From positions 33,481-97,480 of the forward strand of contig JBEBWT010000003.1 in NCBI GenBank assembly GCA_040392005.1: a stretch of DNA of 64,000 bases, read 5' to 3'. Shown one piece after another: positions 38,339 through 48,696 of the stretch. Below the pieces are notes generated by a model that saw only the letters and a program-made list of their open reading frames with translations, was not told where the DNA came from and made no database searches. The position numbers and the translations under genes are program-made. Source of the DNA: Parapedobacter defluvii (lineage in GTDB: Bacteria > Bacteroidota > Bacteroidia > Sphingobacteriales > Sphingobacteriaceae). How positions within the stretch are numbered: position 1 is the stretch's first letter; every line of letters begins with the position of its first letter.

Positions 38339-39196
38339 ATGGGACAAAAAGCAAATCCGATAGGTAACAGACTAGGAATCATCAAAGGTTGGGATTCCAA
38401 TTGGTTTGGCGGAAAGAACTATTCCGATAAGTTAGTTGAAGACGAGAAGATCCGCAAATACCTGGCCGTGCGTATTGCAAAAGGCGGTGTGGCAAAAGTG
38501 GTCATCGAGCGTACACTGAAACGTATCACCGTGACTATTCACACGGCCCGTCCGGGTATCGTCATTGGTAAAGGTGGACAGGAAGTCGATAAGATCAAGG
38601 AAGAGCTGAAGAAAATCACCAAAAAGGATGTTCAGATCAATATTTTTGAGATCAAACGCCCTGAACTGGATGCTCAACTGGTCGCTGAAGGTGTTGCAAA
38701 ACAACTGGAAGCACGGATTTCATTCCGTCGTGCGATGAAAACCTCCATTGCTTCGACTATGCGCATGGGTGCCGAAGGTATCAAGATCATGTGCTCCGGT
38801 CGTTTGGGTGGTGCCGAAATGGCCCGTACCGAACAATACAAGGATGGTCGTATTCCACTGCACACATTCCGTGCGGATATCGACTACGCACTGGCAGAAG
38901 CACTGACTACCTATGGTAAGATCGGTGTGAAAGTCTGGATCTGCAAAGGTGAAGTTTACGGTAAGCGTGATCTTTCTCCGAATGTAGGCCAGGGTGCCGG
39001 TGTGAAGAGCCGTGTAGAAGGAGTTGGCGAGCACCGCGGAGACAGTCGCGGAGGACGTGACGGAGACAATCGTCGTGGCGGAGACCGTCGTGGTGGTGGT
39101 GACCGTCGTGGCGGTGGACCTGGAAGAGGTGGAGATCGCAGGGGTCCCGGAGGTTCCGGTAGTGGCCATGCCGGCGGAGGACAACGCAGGGGATAA
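38339..39196 (+). CDS. rpsC: 30S ribosomal protein S3 with C-terminal RGG-rich extension
   Basis: 285 aa. The KH and S3-C domains are conserved ([13 protein letters not shown]...[10 protein letters not shown]). The last ~70 aa are Gly/Arg/Asp repeats ([22 protein letters not shown]). Confidence 0.95.
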   Translation: MGQKANPIGNRLGIIKGWDSNWFGGKNYSDKLVEDEKIRKYLAVRIAKGGVAKVVIERTLKRITVTIHTARPGIVIGKGGQEVDKIKEELKKITKKDVQINIFEIKRPELDAQLVAEGVAKQLEARISFRRAMKTSIASTMRMGAEGIKIMCSGRLGGAEMARTEQYKDGRIPLHTFRADIDYALAEALTTYGKIGVKVWICKGEVYGKRDLSPNVGQGAGVKSRVEGVGEHRGDSRGGRDGDNRRGGDRRGGGDRRGGGPGRGGDRRGPGGSGSGHAGGGQRRG

Positions 39197-39252
39197 TTAA
39201 TCAGATAGAATTAGCATTTTACTGCTCCGGCAGTTAATAAGTAAATACGAAC

Positions 39253-39675
39253 ATGTTACAGCCAAAAAGAACAAAGTTCAGAAAAATGCAGAAGGGTCGC
39301 ATGAAGGGCAACGCAGGCCGTGGGTCTGAGTTGGCTTTCGGATCTTTTGGCATCAAAACCATGGAATCGGCCTGGATCACCAGTCGTCAGATTGAGGCGG
39401 CCCGTATCGCGGTCACCCGTTTCATGAAAAGGGAAGGACAAGTATGGATCCGGATTTTCCCGGACAAACCCGTCACCAAAAAGCCTGCAGAGGTGCGGAT
39501 GGGTAAAGGTAAAGGTGCGCCCGAGTATTGGGTAGCCGTTGTGCGTCCGGGACGGATGCTGTTTGAGGCAGAGGGAGTGCCTCTGGAAGTTGCAAAAGAA
39601 GCACTTCGTCTGGCAGCGCAGAAACTACCGGTGCAAACCAAGTTTGTTTTACGTAGAGACTACGTAGAAGCATAA
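39253..39675 (+). CDS. rplP: 50S ribosomal protein L16
   Basis: 140 aa with [19 protein letters not shown]. Confidence 0.97.
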   Translation: MLQPKRTKFRKMQKGRMKGNAGRGSELAFGSFGIKTMESAWITSRQIEAARIAVTRFMKREGQVWIRIFPDKPVTKKPAEVRMGKGKGAPEYWVAVVRPGRMLFEAEGVPLEVAKEALRLAAQKLPVQTKFVLRRDYVEA

Positions 39676-39771
39676 AAACGTCTGTATTCGTTTTTGCTTC
39701 GGCTCACGGTGCCGTTACCACGGTGAGATCGGTAAAAGCAGCAGCGATACGACATTAATACTGAAATAGAA

Positions 39772-40008
39772 ATGAAAAATTCAGAAATTTTAGCATTATC
39801 AAAAGAGGACATCGTAGCCACCATCGCAGAAGAGAAGGCTAACCTCAGGAAATTGAAATTTGCTCATGCTGTTTCTGCCATTGAGAATCCAAACCGGATC
39901 CGCTATGTACGCAGAACCATCGCCCGTTTGAATACGGAACTTACTGTCCGCAAGGCACAGGAGAACCAGCAATCGGCCAACGAGGTAAACCCAGCCGCTG
40001 AAGCATAA
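39772..40008 (+). CDS. rpmC: 50S ribosomal protein L29
   Basis: 78 aa. The [31 protein letters not shown] pattern and the operon position support the call. Confidence 0.9.
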   Translation: MKNSEILALSKEDIVATIAEEKANLRKLKFAHAVSAIENPNRIRYVRRTIARLNTELTVRKAQENQQSANEVNPAAEA

Positions 40009-40010
40009 AA

Positions 40011-40277
40011 ATGAAAGTCGAAATGGAAAGAAAATTAAGAAAAACAAGAATCGGCTTGGTAGTCAGCAACAAGATGGAAAAATCCATTGTCGTGGCCGTG
40101 GAACGTAAAGTGAAGCACCCGATCTATGGTAAATTCGTTAAGAAAACTACCAAATTCAAAGCTCATGACGAAGAAAACACCTGTGGTATCGGCGATACGG
40201 TGTTGATTATGGAAACGCGTCCGCTGAGTAAGACCAAGAACTGGAGATTAGTTGAAATTTTAGAAAGGGCTAAGTAA
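40011..40277 (+). CDS. rpsQ: 30S ribosomal protein S17
   Basis: It has [19 protein letters not shown]...[19 protein letters not shown]. The start may instead be ATG 40023. Confidence 0.93.
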   Translation: MKVEMERKLRKTRIGLVVSNKMEKSIVVAVERKVKHPIYGKFVKKTTKFKAHDEENTCGIGDTVLIMETRPLSKTKNWRLVEILERAK

Positions 40278-40278
40278 G

Positions 40279-40647
40279 ATGGTACAACAGGAATCAAGAC
40301 TCAATGTTGCCGACAACAGCGGAGCTAAAGAAGTTTTAGTGATCCGTGTGTTGGGAGGTACTCGCAAGCGCTATGCGTCGATCGGAGATAAAATCGTTGT
40401 GACCGTAAAAAGTGCTATGCCATCAGGAAACGTCAAGAAAGGATCGGTTTCCAAAGCAGTAGTCGTCAGAACAAAAAAAGAAATCCGTCGTAAAGATGGT
40501 TCTTACATCCGTTTCGATGACAATGCTGCCGTATTGTTGAATAATAACAATGAACCACGTGGAACGCGTATTTTTGGCCCTGTTGCCAGGGAATTGCGTG
40601 AGAAACAGTTCATGAAGATCGTATCATTAGCTCCGGAGGTATTATAA
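40279..40647 (+). CDS. rplN: 50S ribosomal protein L14
   Basis: 122 aa with [18 protein letters not shown]. Confidence 0.97.
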   Translation: MVQQESRLNVADNSGAKEVLVIRVLGGTRKRYASIGDKIVVTVKSAMPSGNVKKGSVSKAVVVRTKKEIRRKDGSYIRFDDNAAVLLNNNNEPRGTRIFGPVARELREKQFMKIVSLAPEVL

Positions 40648-40649
40648 TC

Positions 40650-41000
40650 ATGGGACAGACAAAAACAGCAAAACATAAGATCAAAATCCGTAAAGGAGAT
40701 TTGGTAAAGGTCATCGCTGGTAACTCCAAAGGTACCGAAGGAAAGGTTTTGGAAGTGCTGACTGAAAAGAACAGGGCTTTGGTTGAGGGTGCCAATATTA
40801 TCAAGAAGCACACCAAGCCAAGTGCCACGAATCCAAACGGAGGTATCATTGAGCAGGAAGCGGGAATCCATATTTCCAATCTGGCCCTGATCGATCCAAA
40901 AACAGGAAAACCGACCCGTGTAGGCCGTAAGGTCACAGAGGTGGATGGTAAGAAGAAAATCGTTCGTATTGCTAAAAAATCAGGGGAGGAGATCAAATAA
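40650..41000 (+). CDS. rplX: 50S ribosomal protein L24
   Basis: 116 aa with a KOW motif ([24 protein letters not shown]). Confidence 0.93.
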   Translation: MGQTKTAKHKIKIRKGDLVKVIAGNSKGTEGKVLEVLTEKNRALVEGANIIKKHTKPSATNPNGGIIEQEAGIHISNLALIDPKTGKPTRVGRKVTEVDGKKKIVRIAKKSGEEIK

Positions 41001-41581
41001 TGACTTACACACCAAGATTGAAAACAAAGTACAGGGAAGAAATCCGTACGGCGTTAAAAGAAAAGTTTCAGTATAAAAGCATTATGCAGGTCCCGAAACT
41101 GGAAAAGATTGCGATCAGCCAGGGTATCGGTGGTGCGACTGCAGATAAAAAGCTGATTGAGAATGCCATCGGCGAACTGACCCTGATTACCGGTCAGCAG
41201 GCGATCTCGTCCAAGTCCAAAAAAGACGTTTCCAACTTCAAGTTGCGTAAAGGTATGCCGATCGGTGTACGCGTGACGCTGAGGGATGTGAAGATGTATG
41301 AGTTTCTGGACAGGCTGATTTCGGTGGCCCTGCCACGTATCCGTGACTTCCGCGGCATCAATGACAAAGGCTTTGATGGTCGTGGAAACTACACATTGGG
41401 TGTGACCGAGCAGATCATTTTCCCTGAAATTAATATTGACAGGATCAATAAAATTCAAGGAATGGATATTACCTTTGTCACCAGTGCGGGTACGGATGTG
41501 GAAGCCCTGGAGCTGTTGAAGCAGTTCGGACTTCCTTTTAAGAATCAGAATACTAATAACGAAACAGAAAATAATGGCTAA
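41000..41581 (+). CDS. rplE: 50S ribosomal protein L5
   Basis: 193 aa with [11 protein letters not shown]...[20 protein letters not shown]. Confidence 0.96.
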   Translation: MTYTPRLKTKYREEIRTALKEKFQYKSIMQVPKLEKIAISQGIGGATADKKLIENAIGELTLITGQQAISSKSKKDVSNFKLRKGMPIGVRVTLRDVKMYEFLDRLISVALPRIRDFRGINDKGFDGRGNYTLGVTEQIIFPEINIDRINKIQGMDITFVTSAGTDVEALELLKQFGLPFKNQNTNNETENNG

Positions 41582-41843
41582 AGAAGGACTTAAAGCACGT
41601 GAAGTAAAACGTGCCAGGCTGGTTGCCAAATATGCTGAGAAACGTGCTGCTCTGAAAGCAGCCGGAGATTACGAAGCATTGGATAAATTGCCAAAGAACG
41701 CTTCACCCGTCCGTTTGCACAACCGTTGCAAACTGACCGGACGTCCTAAGGGATACATGCGTCAGTTTGGAATTTCCCGGGTTACTTTCCGTGAAATGGC
41801 GCTGGCTGGCAAGATCCCGGGGATAAAGAAAGCTTCCTGGTAA
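41574..41843 (+). CDS. rpsN: 30S ribosomal protein S14 (long, non-zinc form)
   Basis: 89 aa with [26 protein letters not shown]...KASW. Confidence 0.95.
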   Translation: MAKEGLKAREVKRARLVAKYAEKRAALKAAGDYEALDKLPKNASPVRLHNRCKLTGRPKGYMRQFGISRVTFREMALAGKIPGIKKASW

Positions 41844-41927
41844 TCTTATTTTGACCGAATTTTTTTATTTACCGGTAAAAGGTCCCCAGCAGGATGCAAG
41901 GGAAACCCTTACCACAATTTATATCAA

Positions 41928-42326
41928 ATGACTACAGATCCAATAGCGGATTACCTTACCAGAGTAAGGAATGCCATCAAGGCCAACCACAGGGTTGTTG
42001 AAATTCCTGCATCTAACCTGAAAAAGGAAATTACGAAAGTGCTTTTCGACAAGGGGTACATTGCAAATTACAAGTTTGAGGATGATCAGGTACAGGGAAC
42101 GATCAAGATCGCTCTGAAATACCATCCGATCACCAAGATTCCCGCAATCCGTACCTTAAAGCGCGTCAGTAAACCCGGACTCCGGAAGTATGCAGGTATA
42201 GAGAATATGCCACGCGTATTGAACGGTTTGGGAATTGCGATCCTTTCAACCTCCAAAGGAGTGATGACGGACAAAGAAGCCCAGGTACAGAACGTGGGTG
42301 GCGAAGTTTTGTGTTACGTTTATTAA
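41928..42326 (+). CDS. rpsH: 30S ribosomal protein S8
   Basis: 132 aa with [13 protein letters not shown]...GGEVLCYVY. Confidence 0.96.
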   Translation: MTTDPIADYLTRVRNAIKANHRVVEIPASNLKKEITKVLFDKGYIANYKFEDDQVQGTIKIALKYHPITKIPAIRTLKRVSKPGLRKYAGIENMPRVLNGLGIAILSTSKGVMTDKEAQVQNVGGEVLCYVY

Positions 42327-42342
42327 TCAGGAGGAAGACAAC

Positions 42343-42900
42343 ATGTCAAGAATTGGAAAAGCACCGATCGCCATTCCGGCAGGAGTGACGATCACGGTTT
42401 CAGATAAGAATCTGGTGACCGTTAAAGGACCAAAGGGAGAATTGACCCAACAGGTCAATCCGGATATCAAAGTTTCACAGGAAGACGGTCAGTTGCTGGT
42501 CAGCAGACCTACCGAACAAAAGCATCACAAATCACTGCATGGTTTGTACCGCTCACTGCTCAGCAACATGGTTGTAGGCGTGACAGAAGGATACAAAACC
42601 ACCCAGGAACTGGTGGGTGTGGGTTATCGGGCAAGCAGCCAGGGTAGTACCCTTGAGCTTGCATTGGGTTTTTCACACCAGGTGGTGATCATCCTTCCCA
42701 AAGAGGTGAAAGTAACAACTACTTCCGATAAGGGAAAGAATCCGGTCATCACACTGGAGAGCATCGACAAACAATTGATCGGACAGGTCGCTGCGAAAAT
42801 ACGTGAATTGCGTGCTCCGGAGCCTTACAAAGGAAAGGGTATCAAATTCGCAGGTGAACAATTGAGGAGAAAAGCAGGTAAATCTGCAGCTAAAAAATAA
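42343..42900 (+). CDS. rplF: 50S ribosomal protein L6
   Basis: ATG 42343 ([15 protein letters not shown]) is preceded by AGGAGG at 42329-42334. The track start at 42298 overlaps rpsH. Confidence 0.95.
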   Translation: MSRIGKAPIAIPAGVTITVSDKNLVTVKGPKGELTQQVNPDIKVSQEDGQLLVSRPTEQKHHKSLHGLYRSLLSNMVVGVTEGYKTTQELVGVGYRASSQGSTLELALGFSHQVVIILPKEVKVTTTSDKGKNPVITLESIDKQLIGQVAAKIRELRAPEPYKGKGIKFAGEQLRRKAGKSAAKK

Positions 42901-42905
42901 TAGTC

Positions 42906-43259
42906 ATGTCAGGAAATAAATTATCCCGTAGGGAACGCATAAAAAAGGGTATCAGAAAGCACCTCAAAGGTTCTGCTGAACGCCCACGTTTGTCCGTTTA
43001 TCGGAGCAATAAGGGTATCTATGCCCAGGTAATTGATGATGTCAAAGGCATCACCTTGGTTTCGACTTCTTCCCTGTCAAGTGATTTTTCAGCTTCAGGT
43101 AATAAGATCGAGCAATCAAGAGCCGTTGGAAAAGCCCTGGCTGAAAAAGCCCTGGCTGCCGGTGTCACCAAAGTAGTTTTTGATCGGAACGGGTACTTGT
43201 ACCACGGACGTGTAAAGTCCCTGGCCGAAGGTGCGCGTGAGGGTGGTTTGGACTTTTAA
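42906..43259 (+). CDS. rplR: 50S ribosomal protein L18
   Basis: 117 aa with [20 protein letters not shown]...[26 protein letters not shown]. Confidence 0.96.
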   Translation: MSGNKLSRRERIKKGIRKHLKGSAERPRLSVYRSNKGIYAQVIDDVKGITLVSTSSLSSDFSASGNKIEQSRAVGKALAEKALAAGVTKVVFDRNGYLYHGRVKSLAEGAREGGLDF

Positions 43260-43265
43260 TCACAA

Positions 43266-43790
43266 TTGAACATGTCATTAAGTAATATAAAAAGAGTAAA
43301 ATCAAGCGAGATCGAACTGAAAGACCGCTTGGTGAGCATCCAACGGGTTGCAAAAGTAACCAAAGGTGGACGTACATTCAGTTTCTCTGCGATCGTGGTC
43401 GTTGGTGATGAAAACGGTGTGGTAGGATACGGACTTGGAAAAGCAAAAGAGGTGACTGAAGCGATTACCAAAGGGATCGACGACGCAAAGAAAAACCTGA
43501 TTAAAGTGCCGATCATCAAAGGAACGGTTCCACACGAGCAGCTCGGTAAATATTCCGGCGGCAATGTGCTGATCAAACCAGCCGTACACGGTACCGGAGT
43601 ATTGGCAGGTGGTGCGATGCGTGCCGTTTTGGAAAGTGCCGGAGTGACCGACGTATTGGCCAAATCTCTGGGATCTTCCAATCCGCACAACGTGGTCAAG
43701 GCTACGATCGATGCATTGTTGAAAATGCGTGATGCTTACACAGTTGCCCAACACAGGGGCGTGGACTTAAACAAGGTTTTTAACGGATAA
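43266..43790 (+). CDS. rpsE: 30S ribosomal protein S5
   Basis: 174 aa with [22 protein letters not shown]...[15 protein letters not shown]. Confidence 0.96.
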   Translation: MNMSLSNIKRVKSSEIELKDRLVSIQRVAKVTKGGRTFSFSAIVVVGDENGVVGYGLGKAKEVTEAITKGIDDAKKNLIKVPIIKGTVPHEQLGKYSGGNVLIKPAVHGTGVLAGGAMRAVLESAGVTDVLAKSLGSSNPHNVVKATIDALLKMRDAYTVAQHRGVDLNKVFNG

Positions 43791-43795
43791 AGATC

Positions 43796-43975
43796 ATGGC
43801 AAAAATCAAAATTACACAGATCAAGAGTATCATCGACCGCAGCGAGAAGCAAAAGCGGACGATGGAAGCTCTGGGATTGAGGAAGATCAACCAGACGGTT
43901 GAAGTGGAAGCCACTCCTGCGATCATCGGGATGGTGCGGAAAGTAAATCATTTGGTCGTAGTACAAGAGAGTTGA
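43796..43975 (+). CDS. rpmD: 50S ribosomal protein L30
   Basis: 59-aa ORF not in the track: MAKIKITQIKSIIDRSEKQKRTMEALGLRKINQTVEVEATPAIIGMVRKVNHLVVVQES. It sits in the canonical position between rpsE and rplO. Confidence 0.9.
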   Translation: MAKIKITQIKSIIDRSEKQKRTMEALGLRKINQTVEVEATPAIIGMVRKVNHLVVVQES

Positions 43976-43981
43976 TAATCT

Positions 43982-44010
43982 TTGCCGGAGGTGGTTTCCC
44001 CTTCCGGCAA
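43982..44010 (+). other. intra-operon hairpin between rpmD and rplO
   Basis: TTGCCGGA (43982-43989) pairs with TCCGGCAA (44003-44010). There is no T-run. Confidence 0.4.
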
Positions 44011-44073
44011 TGACACGTTTAATCGCTATGTCTGTTTAGTGAAAGCGAAGGCATAGCAAAATATTGCAAAAAG

Positions 44074-44520
44074 ATGAACTTAAGTAATCTAAAACCTGCT
44101 GCAGGATCAGTAAAAACAAGAAAACGTATAGGACGTGGTACCGGATCCGGACGTGGAGGTACATCCACGCGTGGACATAAGGGAGCGGGTTCCCGTTCAG
44201 GCCACAGTACCAAGATCGGATTTGAAGGAGGGCAGATGCCATTGCAGCGCCGTGTTCCCAAATTCGGATTCAAAAATATCAACCGTGTAGAGTATGTAGG
44301 TGTAAACCTGGATGTTTTGCAGGGTCTGGTAGAAAAGCACAATCTTCAGGCGATTGATTTTGATACTTTCAGAACCTATGGACTGGCTTCCAAAAATGAC
44401 TTGGTCAAAGTACTTGGAAGAGGCGAGATTTCCGCTAAGGTAGAAGTTAAAGCACATGCATTTTCAGTTTCGGCCCAGAAAGCGATCGAAGCTGCCGGAG
44501 GATCGATTGAAAAAATTTAA
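44074..44520 (+). CDS. rplO: 50S ribosomal protein L15
   Basis: 148 aa with GRGTGSGRGGTSTRGHKG...QMPLQRRVPKFGF. Confidence 0.96.
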   Translation: MNLSNLKPAAGSVKTRKRIGRGTGSGRGGTSTRGHKGAGSRSGHSTKIGFEGGQMPLQRRVPKFGFKNINRVEYVGVNLDVLQGLVEKHNLQAIDFDTFRTYGLASKNDLVKVLGRGEISAKVEVKAHAFSVSAQKAIEAAGGSIEKI

Positions 44521-44523
44521 TCC

Positions 44524-45864
44524 ATGAAGAAGCTAATCACCACCCTAAAGAATATCTGGAAGATCGACGATCTGAGAACGCGTATCCTCAATACGCTTCT
44601 CTTTCTGCTGATCTACCGGGTAGGATGTTATATTGTACTGCCAGGGGTCAATCCCCAGGCGCTCCAGCACGAAACCCAGGAAGGTTTGCTGGGTTTGTTG
44701 GATATGTTTGCAGGGGGATCATTTTCCAGATCTGCAATTTTTGCATTGGGCGTCATGCCCTACATCTCTGCCTCGATCGTAGTGCAGTTATTGGGGATTG
44801 CTGTTCCTTACTTCCAGAAGTTGCAGAAAGAGGGTGAGAGTGGCCGCAAGAAGATGACGCAGATTACGCGTTACCTGACACTGGCCATTACGCTGGTCCA
44901 ATCGGTTGCCTACGTACGCACACAGATTGATGACGGAGCAAAAATGATCCAGGATCCGCTGTTCACCATTATGTCCGCTTTTGTATTGACAGCAGGTACC
45001 CTGTTTGTCATGTGGCTGGGTGAGAAAATTACCGATAAAGGTATCGGGAACGGTATCTCTCTGATCATCATGGTGGGGATTATTGCCCAGTTGCCAAGTG
45101 GTCTGACCGCAGAATGGTTCTCGCGTATGAGTACCGGTGGCGGTGGTCCGATCCCCTTGCTGCTTGAATTCCTGGCACTGTTCTTTGTGGTTGTATTTAC
45201 CATTCTGATCGTACAGGGCGTGCGCAAAATCCCCGTACAATATGCAAAAAGGATTGTGGGCAACAAGCAATACGGTGGCGTACGTCAGTATATCCCATTG
45301 AAGGTCAATGCTGCCGGTGTAATGCCGATCATCTTTGCACAGGCGATCATGTTTGTGCCGATGACACTCGGCCAGTTTTTCCCGGCTCTGCAATCCAACT
45401 TTCTGACGGAACTGAGCAATTACACATCGTTCACTTATAATATTGTGTTTTCAATCCTGATCATTGCTTTTACATTCTTCTATACTGCGATCATGGTCAA
45501 CCCACAGCAGATGTCAGAAGATATGAAAAAGAACGGGGGTTTTATCCCTGGTATCAAACCCGGTCAGGCTACCAATCTGTATATTGACGGTGTCATTTCA
45601 AAAATCACGTTTCCCGGATCGATTTTCCTGGCGATCGTGGCTATTATGCCCGCCATTGCCGGACTGTTCGGAGTGAATAATCAGTTTGCACACTTCTATG
45701 GCGGTACTTCACTGCTGATCCTGGTTGGTGTTGTGCTGGATACACTCCAGCAGATTGAGAGCCATTTGCTGATGAGGCATTATGATGGCCTGATGAAAAC
45801 CGGACGTCTGAAAGGAAGAAACCCAATGGATACGGGTGCTGCAACCGGTCAATCGGTTATCTGA
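44524..45864 (+). CDS. secY: preprotein translocase subunit SecY
   Basis: 446 aa and polytopic, with LGVMPYISASIVVQLL and the GGFIPGIKPG motif. Confidence 0.97.
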   Translation: MKKLITTLKNIWKIDDLRTRILNTLLFLLIYRVGCYIVLPGVNPQALQHETQEGLLGLLDMFAGGSFSRSAIFALGVMPYISASIVVQLLGIAVPYFQKLQKEGESGRKKMTQITRYLTLAITLVQSVAYVRTQIDDGAKMIQDPLFTIMSAFVLTAGTLFVMWLGEKITDKGIGNGISLIIMVGIIAQLPSGLTAEWFSRMSTGGGGPIPLLLEFLALFFVVVFTILIVQGVRKIPVQYAKRIVGNKQYGGVRQYIPLKVNAAGVMPIIFAQAIMFVPMTLGQFFPALQSNFLTELSNYTSFTYNIVFSILIIAFTFFYTAIMVNPQQMSEDMKKNGGFIPGIKPGQATNLYIDGVISKITFPGSIFLAIVAIMPAIAGLFGVNNQFAHFYGGTSLLILVGVVLDTLQQIESHLLMRHYDGLMKTGRLKGRNPMDTGAATGQSVI

Positions 45865-45875
45865 TCTGTTGCCCG

Positions 45876-46661
45876 ATGTCAAAAGTGAATTACAAATCCG
45901 AAGAGGATATTCAGCAGTTGCGAATTGCTGCTGATATCCTTTCCCGATTGCTGGGAGAGATCGCAGCATTGATCAAGCCCGGTATTACCACCCTGTCCCT
46001 GGATAAGTTTGCTTATGAGTACATTCAGGATCATGGTGGTAAGCCCGCTTTTCTGGGATATCACGATTTTCCATTTTCACTTTGCATCTCTGTCAATGAC
46101 CAGATCGTGCATGGTTTCCCCAGCGAATACGTGATCAAAGAAGGGGACATTGTTTCCGTCGATGGTGGGGTGACCTATAATGGATACATTTCAGATTCTG
46201 CCTATACCTTTCCGATCGGCGATATTGCCCCGGAAGTCAGGCAGTTGCTGGACGTCACCATGAAATCCCTGCATCTGGGTACTGAGCAGGCAGTGGCCGG
46301 CAAAAGGGTCGGGGATATTTCAAGTGCTGTACAGGACTATGTCAATCAGTTTGGTTATGGCATTGTCCGCGAACTGGTCGGACACGGTGTCGGATTCCAG
46401 TTGCATGAAAAACCCGATGTGCCCAATTACGGGAAAAAGGGTGCAGGAATCAAACTGGAGGAAGGATTGGTGATCTGCATCGAGCCAATGATCAATATGG
46501 GAAGGGCCGGTGTCAAATTCTGGGATGATGGCTGGACCGTCAGCACAGTGGACGGCAAACCTTCGGCACATTATGAGCATATGGTGGTGGTCAGGAAGGG
46601 TCAGCCGGAAGTTTTGACCACTTTCCAGCACATTGAAAATGTTTTGGTTAAAAAGAGTTGA
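45876..46661 (+). CDS. map: type I methionine aminopeptidase
   Basis: 261 aa with GDIVSVDGGVTYNGYISDSAYTF, GHGVGFQLHEKP, ICIEPM and HYEHMVVV as metal ligands. Confidence 0.95.
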   Translation: MSKVNYKSEEDIQQLRIAADILSRLLGEIAALIKPGITTLSLDKFAYEYIQDHGGKPAFLGYHDFPFSLCISVNDQIVHGFPSEYVIKEGDIVSVDGGVTYNGYISDSAYTFPIGDIAPEVRQLLDVTMKSLHLGTEQAVAGKRVGDISSAVQDYVNQFGYGIVRELVGHGVGFQLHEKPDVPNYGKKGAGIKLEEGLVICIEPMINMGRAGVKFWDDGWTVSTVDGKPSAHYEHMVVVRKGQPEVLTTFQHIENVLVKKS

Positions 46662-46681
46662 AAAGAAATATTTTTTTTCAT

Positions 46682-46689
46682 ATCTTTGC
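46682..46689 (+). promoter_or_regulatory. candidate internal promoter -7 element (TATCTTTG) upstream of infA
   Basis: TATCTTTG lies 48 nt upstream of the infA ATG. Only a weak -33 element (GTTG, 46657-46660) is present. Confidence 0.3.
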
Positions 46690-46736
46690 ATCCCTGTTTG
46701 TTGCAGGTTGTATGTATATAATAATCAAGACTGTAT

Positions 46737-46955
46737 ATGGCTAAGCAGGCCTCGATAGAATTAGACGGAGTCATCAAAGAAGCACTTTCCAATGCGATGT
46801 TTCGTGTAGAGTTGGAAAATGGACATGAAATTATAGCGCATATCTCCGGTAAAATGAGAATGCACTACATTAAAATTCTTCCCGGTGACCGGGTCAAACT
46901 GGAGATGTCTCCCTATGACCTGTCAAAAGGAAGGATCACATATAGGTATAAATAA
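46737..46955 (+). CDS. infA: translation initiation factor IF-1
   Basis: 72 aa with [46 protein letters not shown]. Confidence 0.97.
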   Translation: MAKQASIELDGVIKEALSNAMFRVELENGHEIIAHISGKMRMHYIKILPGDRVKLEMSPYDLSKGRITYRYK

Positions 46956-46996
46956 AATTCCGGGGCTGGATCCCAGGTTGTTTAAGTAATAAGAAC

Positions 46997-47113
46997 ATGA
47001 AAGTTAGAGCATCCATTAAGAAGCGCAGTGCGGATTGCAAAATTATCCGTCGTAAAGGAAAGGTATTTGTAATCAACAAAAAGAACCCCAAGTTCAAACA
47101 ACGTCAGGGTTAA
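46997..47113 (+). CDS. rpmJ: 50S ribosomal protein L36 (single-Cys, non-zinc form)
   Basis: 38-aa ORF not in the track: [38 protein letters not shown]. Confidence 0.92.
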   Translation: MKVRASIKKRSADCKIIRRKGKVFVINKKNPKFKQRQG

Positions 47114-47142
47114 TTCAATTATTGTAATCGCTTAATAAGTAT

Positions 47143-47520
47143 ATGGCAAGGATCGCAGGTATAGATTTACCAAAAAACAAAAGAGGAGTAATTGGCCTTA
47201 CCTACATTTTCGGTATCGGTCGTTCTACCGCACAAAATATCCTGGATAAAGCAGGGATCGAATACGATGTAAAAGTACAGGACTGGAATGACGAGCAATT
47301 GACAGCCATCCGTACGATCATCAATGATGAGATCAAGGTCGAAGGATCACTCCGGTCAGAAATCCAGTTGAATATCAAACGCCTGATGGATATCGGATGC
47401 TACCGTGGACTTCGTCACCGTAAACACCTTCCGGTGCGTGGTCAGCGTACCAAGAACAACTCCCGTACCCGTAAAGGTAAACGGAAGACTGTTGCAAACA
47501 AGAAAAAAGCTACTAAATAA
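47143..47520 (+). CDS. rpsM: 30S ribosomal protein S13
   Basis: 125 aa with [14 protein letters not shown]...[22 protein letters not shown]. Confidence 0.97.
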   Translation: MARIAGIDLPKNKRGVIGLTYIFGIGRSTAQNILDKAGIEYDVKVQDWNDEQLTAIRTIINDEIKVEGSLRSEIQLNIKRLMDIGCYRGLRHRKHLPVRGQRTKNNSRTRKGKRKTVANKKKATK

Positions 47521-47536
47521 TAATTGATTTTAAGAA

Positions 47537-47926
47537 ATGGCTAAAAGTAAGAAAGCAACCAAGAAGAGGATTGTAGTCATTGAGCCCGTTGGTCAGGCGC
47601 ACATCAATGCAACCTTCAATAATATCATTGTCACCCTCACCAACAATCAGGGACAGACTATCTCCTGGTCCAGTGCCGGAAAGATGGGATTCAAGGGTTC
47701 CAAAAAGAACACTCCCTATGCTGCTTCACAGGCAGCAGCAGATTGTGGCAAGGTAGCGCATGACCTGGGTTTGCGCAAAGTTGAAGTGTTTGTCAAAGGC
47801 CCCGGATCCGGACGCGAGTCGGCTATCCGTACCCTGCAGAATGCGGGTATTGAAGTGACCACCATCCGTGACATCACTCCACTTCCGCACAATGGTTGCC
47901 GTCCTCCAAAACGCAGACGCGTTTAA
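47537..47926 (+). CDS. rpsK: 30S ribosomal protein S11
   Basis: 129 aa with [13 protein letters not shown]...[17 protein letters not shown]. Confidence 0.97.
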   Translation: MAKSKKATKKRIVVIEPVGQAHINATFNNIIVTLTNNQGQTISWSSAGKMGFKGSKKNTPYAASQAAADCGKVAHDLGLRKVEVFVKGPGSGRESAIRTLQNAGIEVTTIRDITPLPHNGCRPPKRRRV

Positions 47927-48014
47927 TCAGGAGGTCCCAAAAGAGTAAATTAACAATTTTTTTAAAGCTAAGATTCTTCAGCAAAGGCTGAATGATACTT
48001 TAAAACAACATATT

Positions 48015-48623
48015 ATGGCAAGATATACCGGACCCAAGTCCAAAATCGCCCGGAAATTCAGGGAGCCCATCTTCGGCCCCGATAAGGCATTAGAAAGAAA
48101 AAATTATCCTCCGGGACAACACGGAGCATCCAAAAGGCGCGGCAAGCAATCTGAATATGCCGTTCAGTTGCTGGAAAAACAAAAAGCTAAATACACTTAC
48201 GGGGTATTGGAGCGTCAGTTTGCCAACCTGTTTGACAAAGCTTCCTCAAAGCAGGGGATTACAGGTGAGATCTTCCTGAAATTGCTGGAAGCCCGTCTGG
48301 ACAATACCGTTTACCGTCTGGGCATTGCCCCAACCCGTTCCGCTGCCCGTCAGTTGGTTGGCCACAAGCATATCACCGTCAATGGTGAAGTGGTCAATAT
48401 CGCTTCTTACAGCCTGCGTCCGGGTGATGTTGTTGCTGTCCGTGAAAGATCCAAATCACTGGAAGTAGTGGTCAATTCGGTTGCCGGAAAGAAGATCAAC
48501 AAATTCAGTTGGCTGGAGTGGGATGGCAATGCGTTGTCCGGCAAGTTTCTGAATTATCCGGAGCGTACGGAGATTCCTGAAAACATCAAGGAAAACTTAA
48601 TTGTTGAGTTGTACTCTAAGTAA
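48015..48623 (+). CDS. rpsD: 30S ribosomal protein S4
   Basis: 202 aa with [15 protein letters not shown]...[27 protein letters not shown]. Confidence 0.97.
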   Translation: MARYTGPKSKIARKFREPIFGPDKALERKNYPPGQHGASKRRGKQSEYAVQLLEKQKAKYTYGVLERQFANLFDKASSKQGITGEIFLKLLEARLDNTVYRLGIAPTRSAARQLVGHKHITVNGEVVNIASYSLRPGDVVAVRERSKSLEVVVNSVAGKKINKFSWLEWDGNALSGKFLNYPERTEIPENIKENLIVELYSK

Positions 48624-48628
48624 TCTGT

Positions 48629-48674
48629 TTTTGCCGCATTTACCACTATTGGTATGGCGGCAAAACAATTTTTT
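48629..48674 (+). terminator. attenuator/terminator-like hairpin between rpsD and rpoA
   Basis: TTTTGCCGC (48629-48637) pairs with GCGGCAAAA (48657-48665), followed by CAATTTTTT. Confidence 0.45.
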
Positions 48675-48696
48675 AAACAATTTTAATACAAAATAA

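Noticed and set aside
42321-42334. An identical 12-mer, TTAATCAGGAGG, after the rpsH stop and after the rpsK stop (47923-47934), considered as a dedicated repeated element.
   Set aside because: In a 64-kb window, on the order of a hundred chance 12-mer identities are expected (about 2e9 position pairs divided by 4^12). I keep only the SD-like content as an observation, not the 12-mer identity itself.
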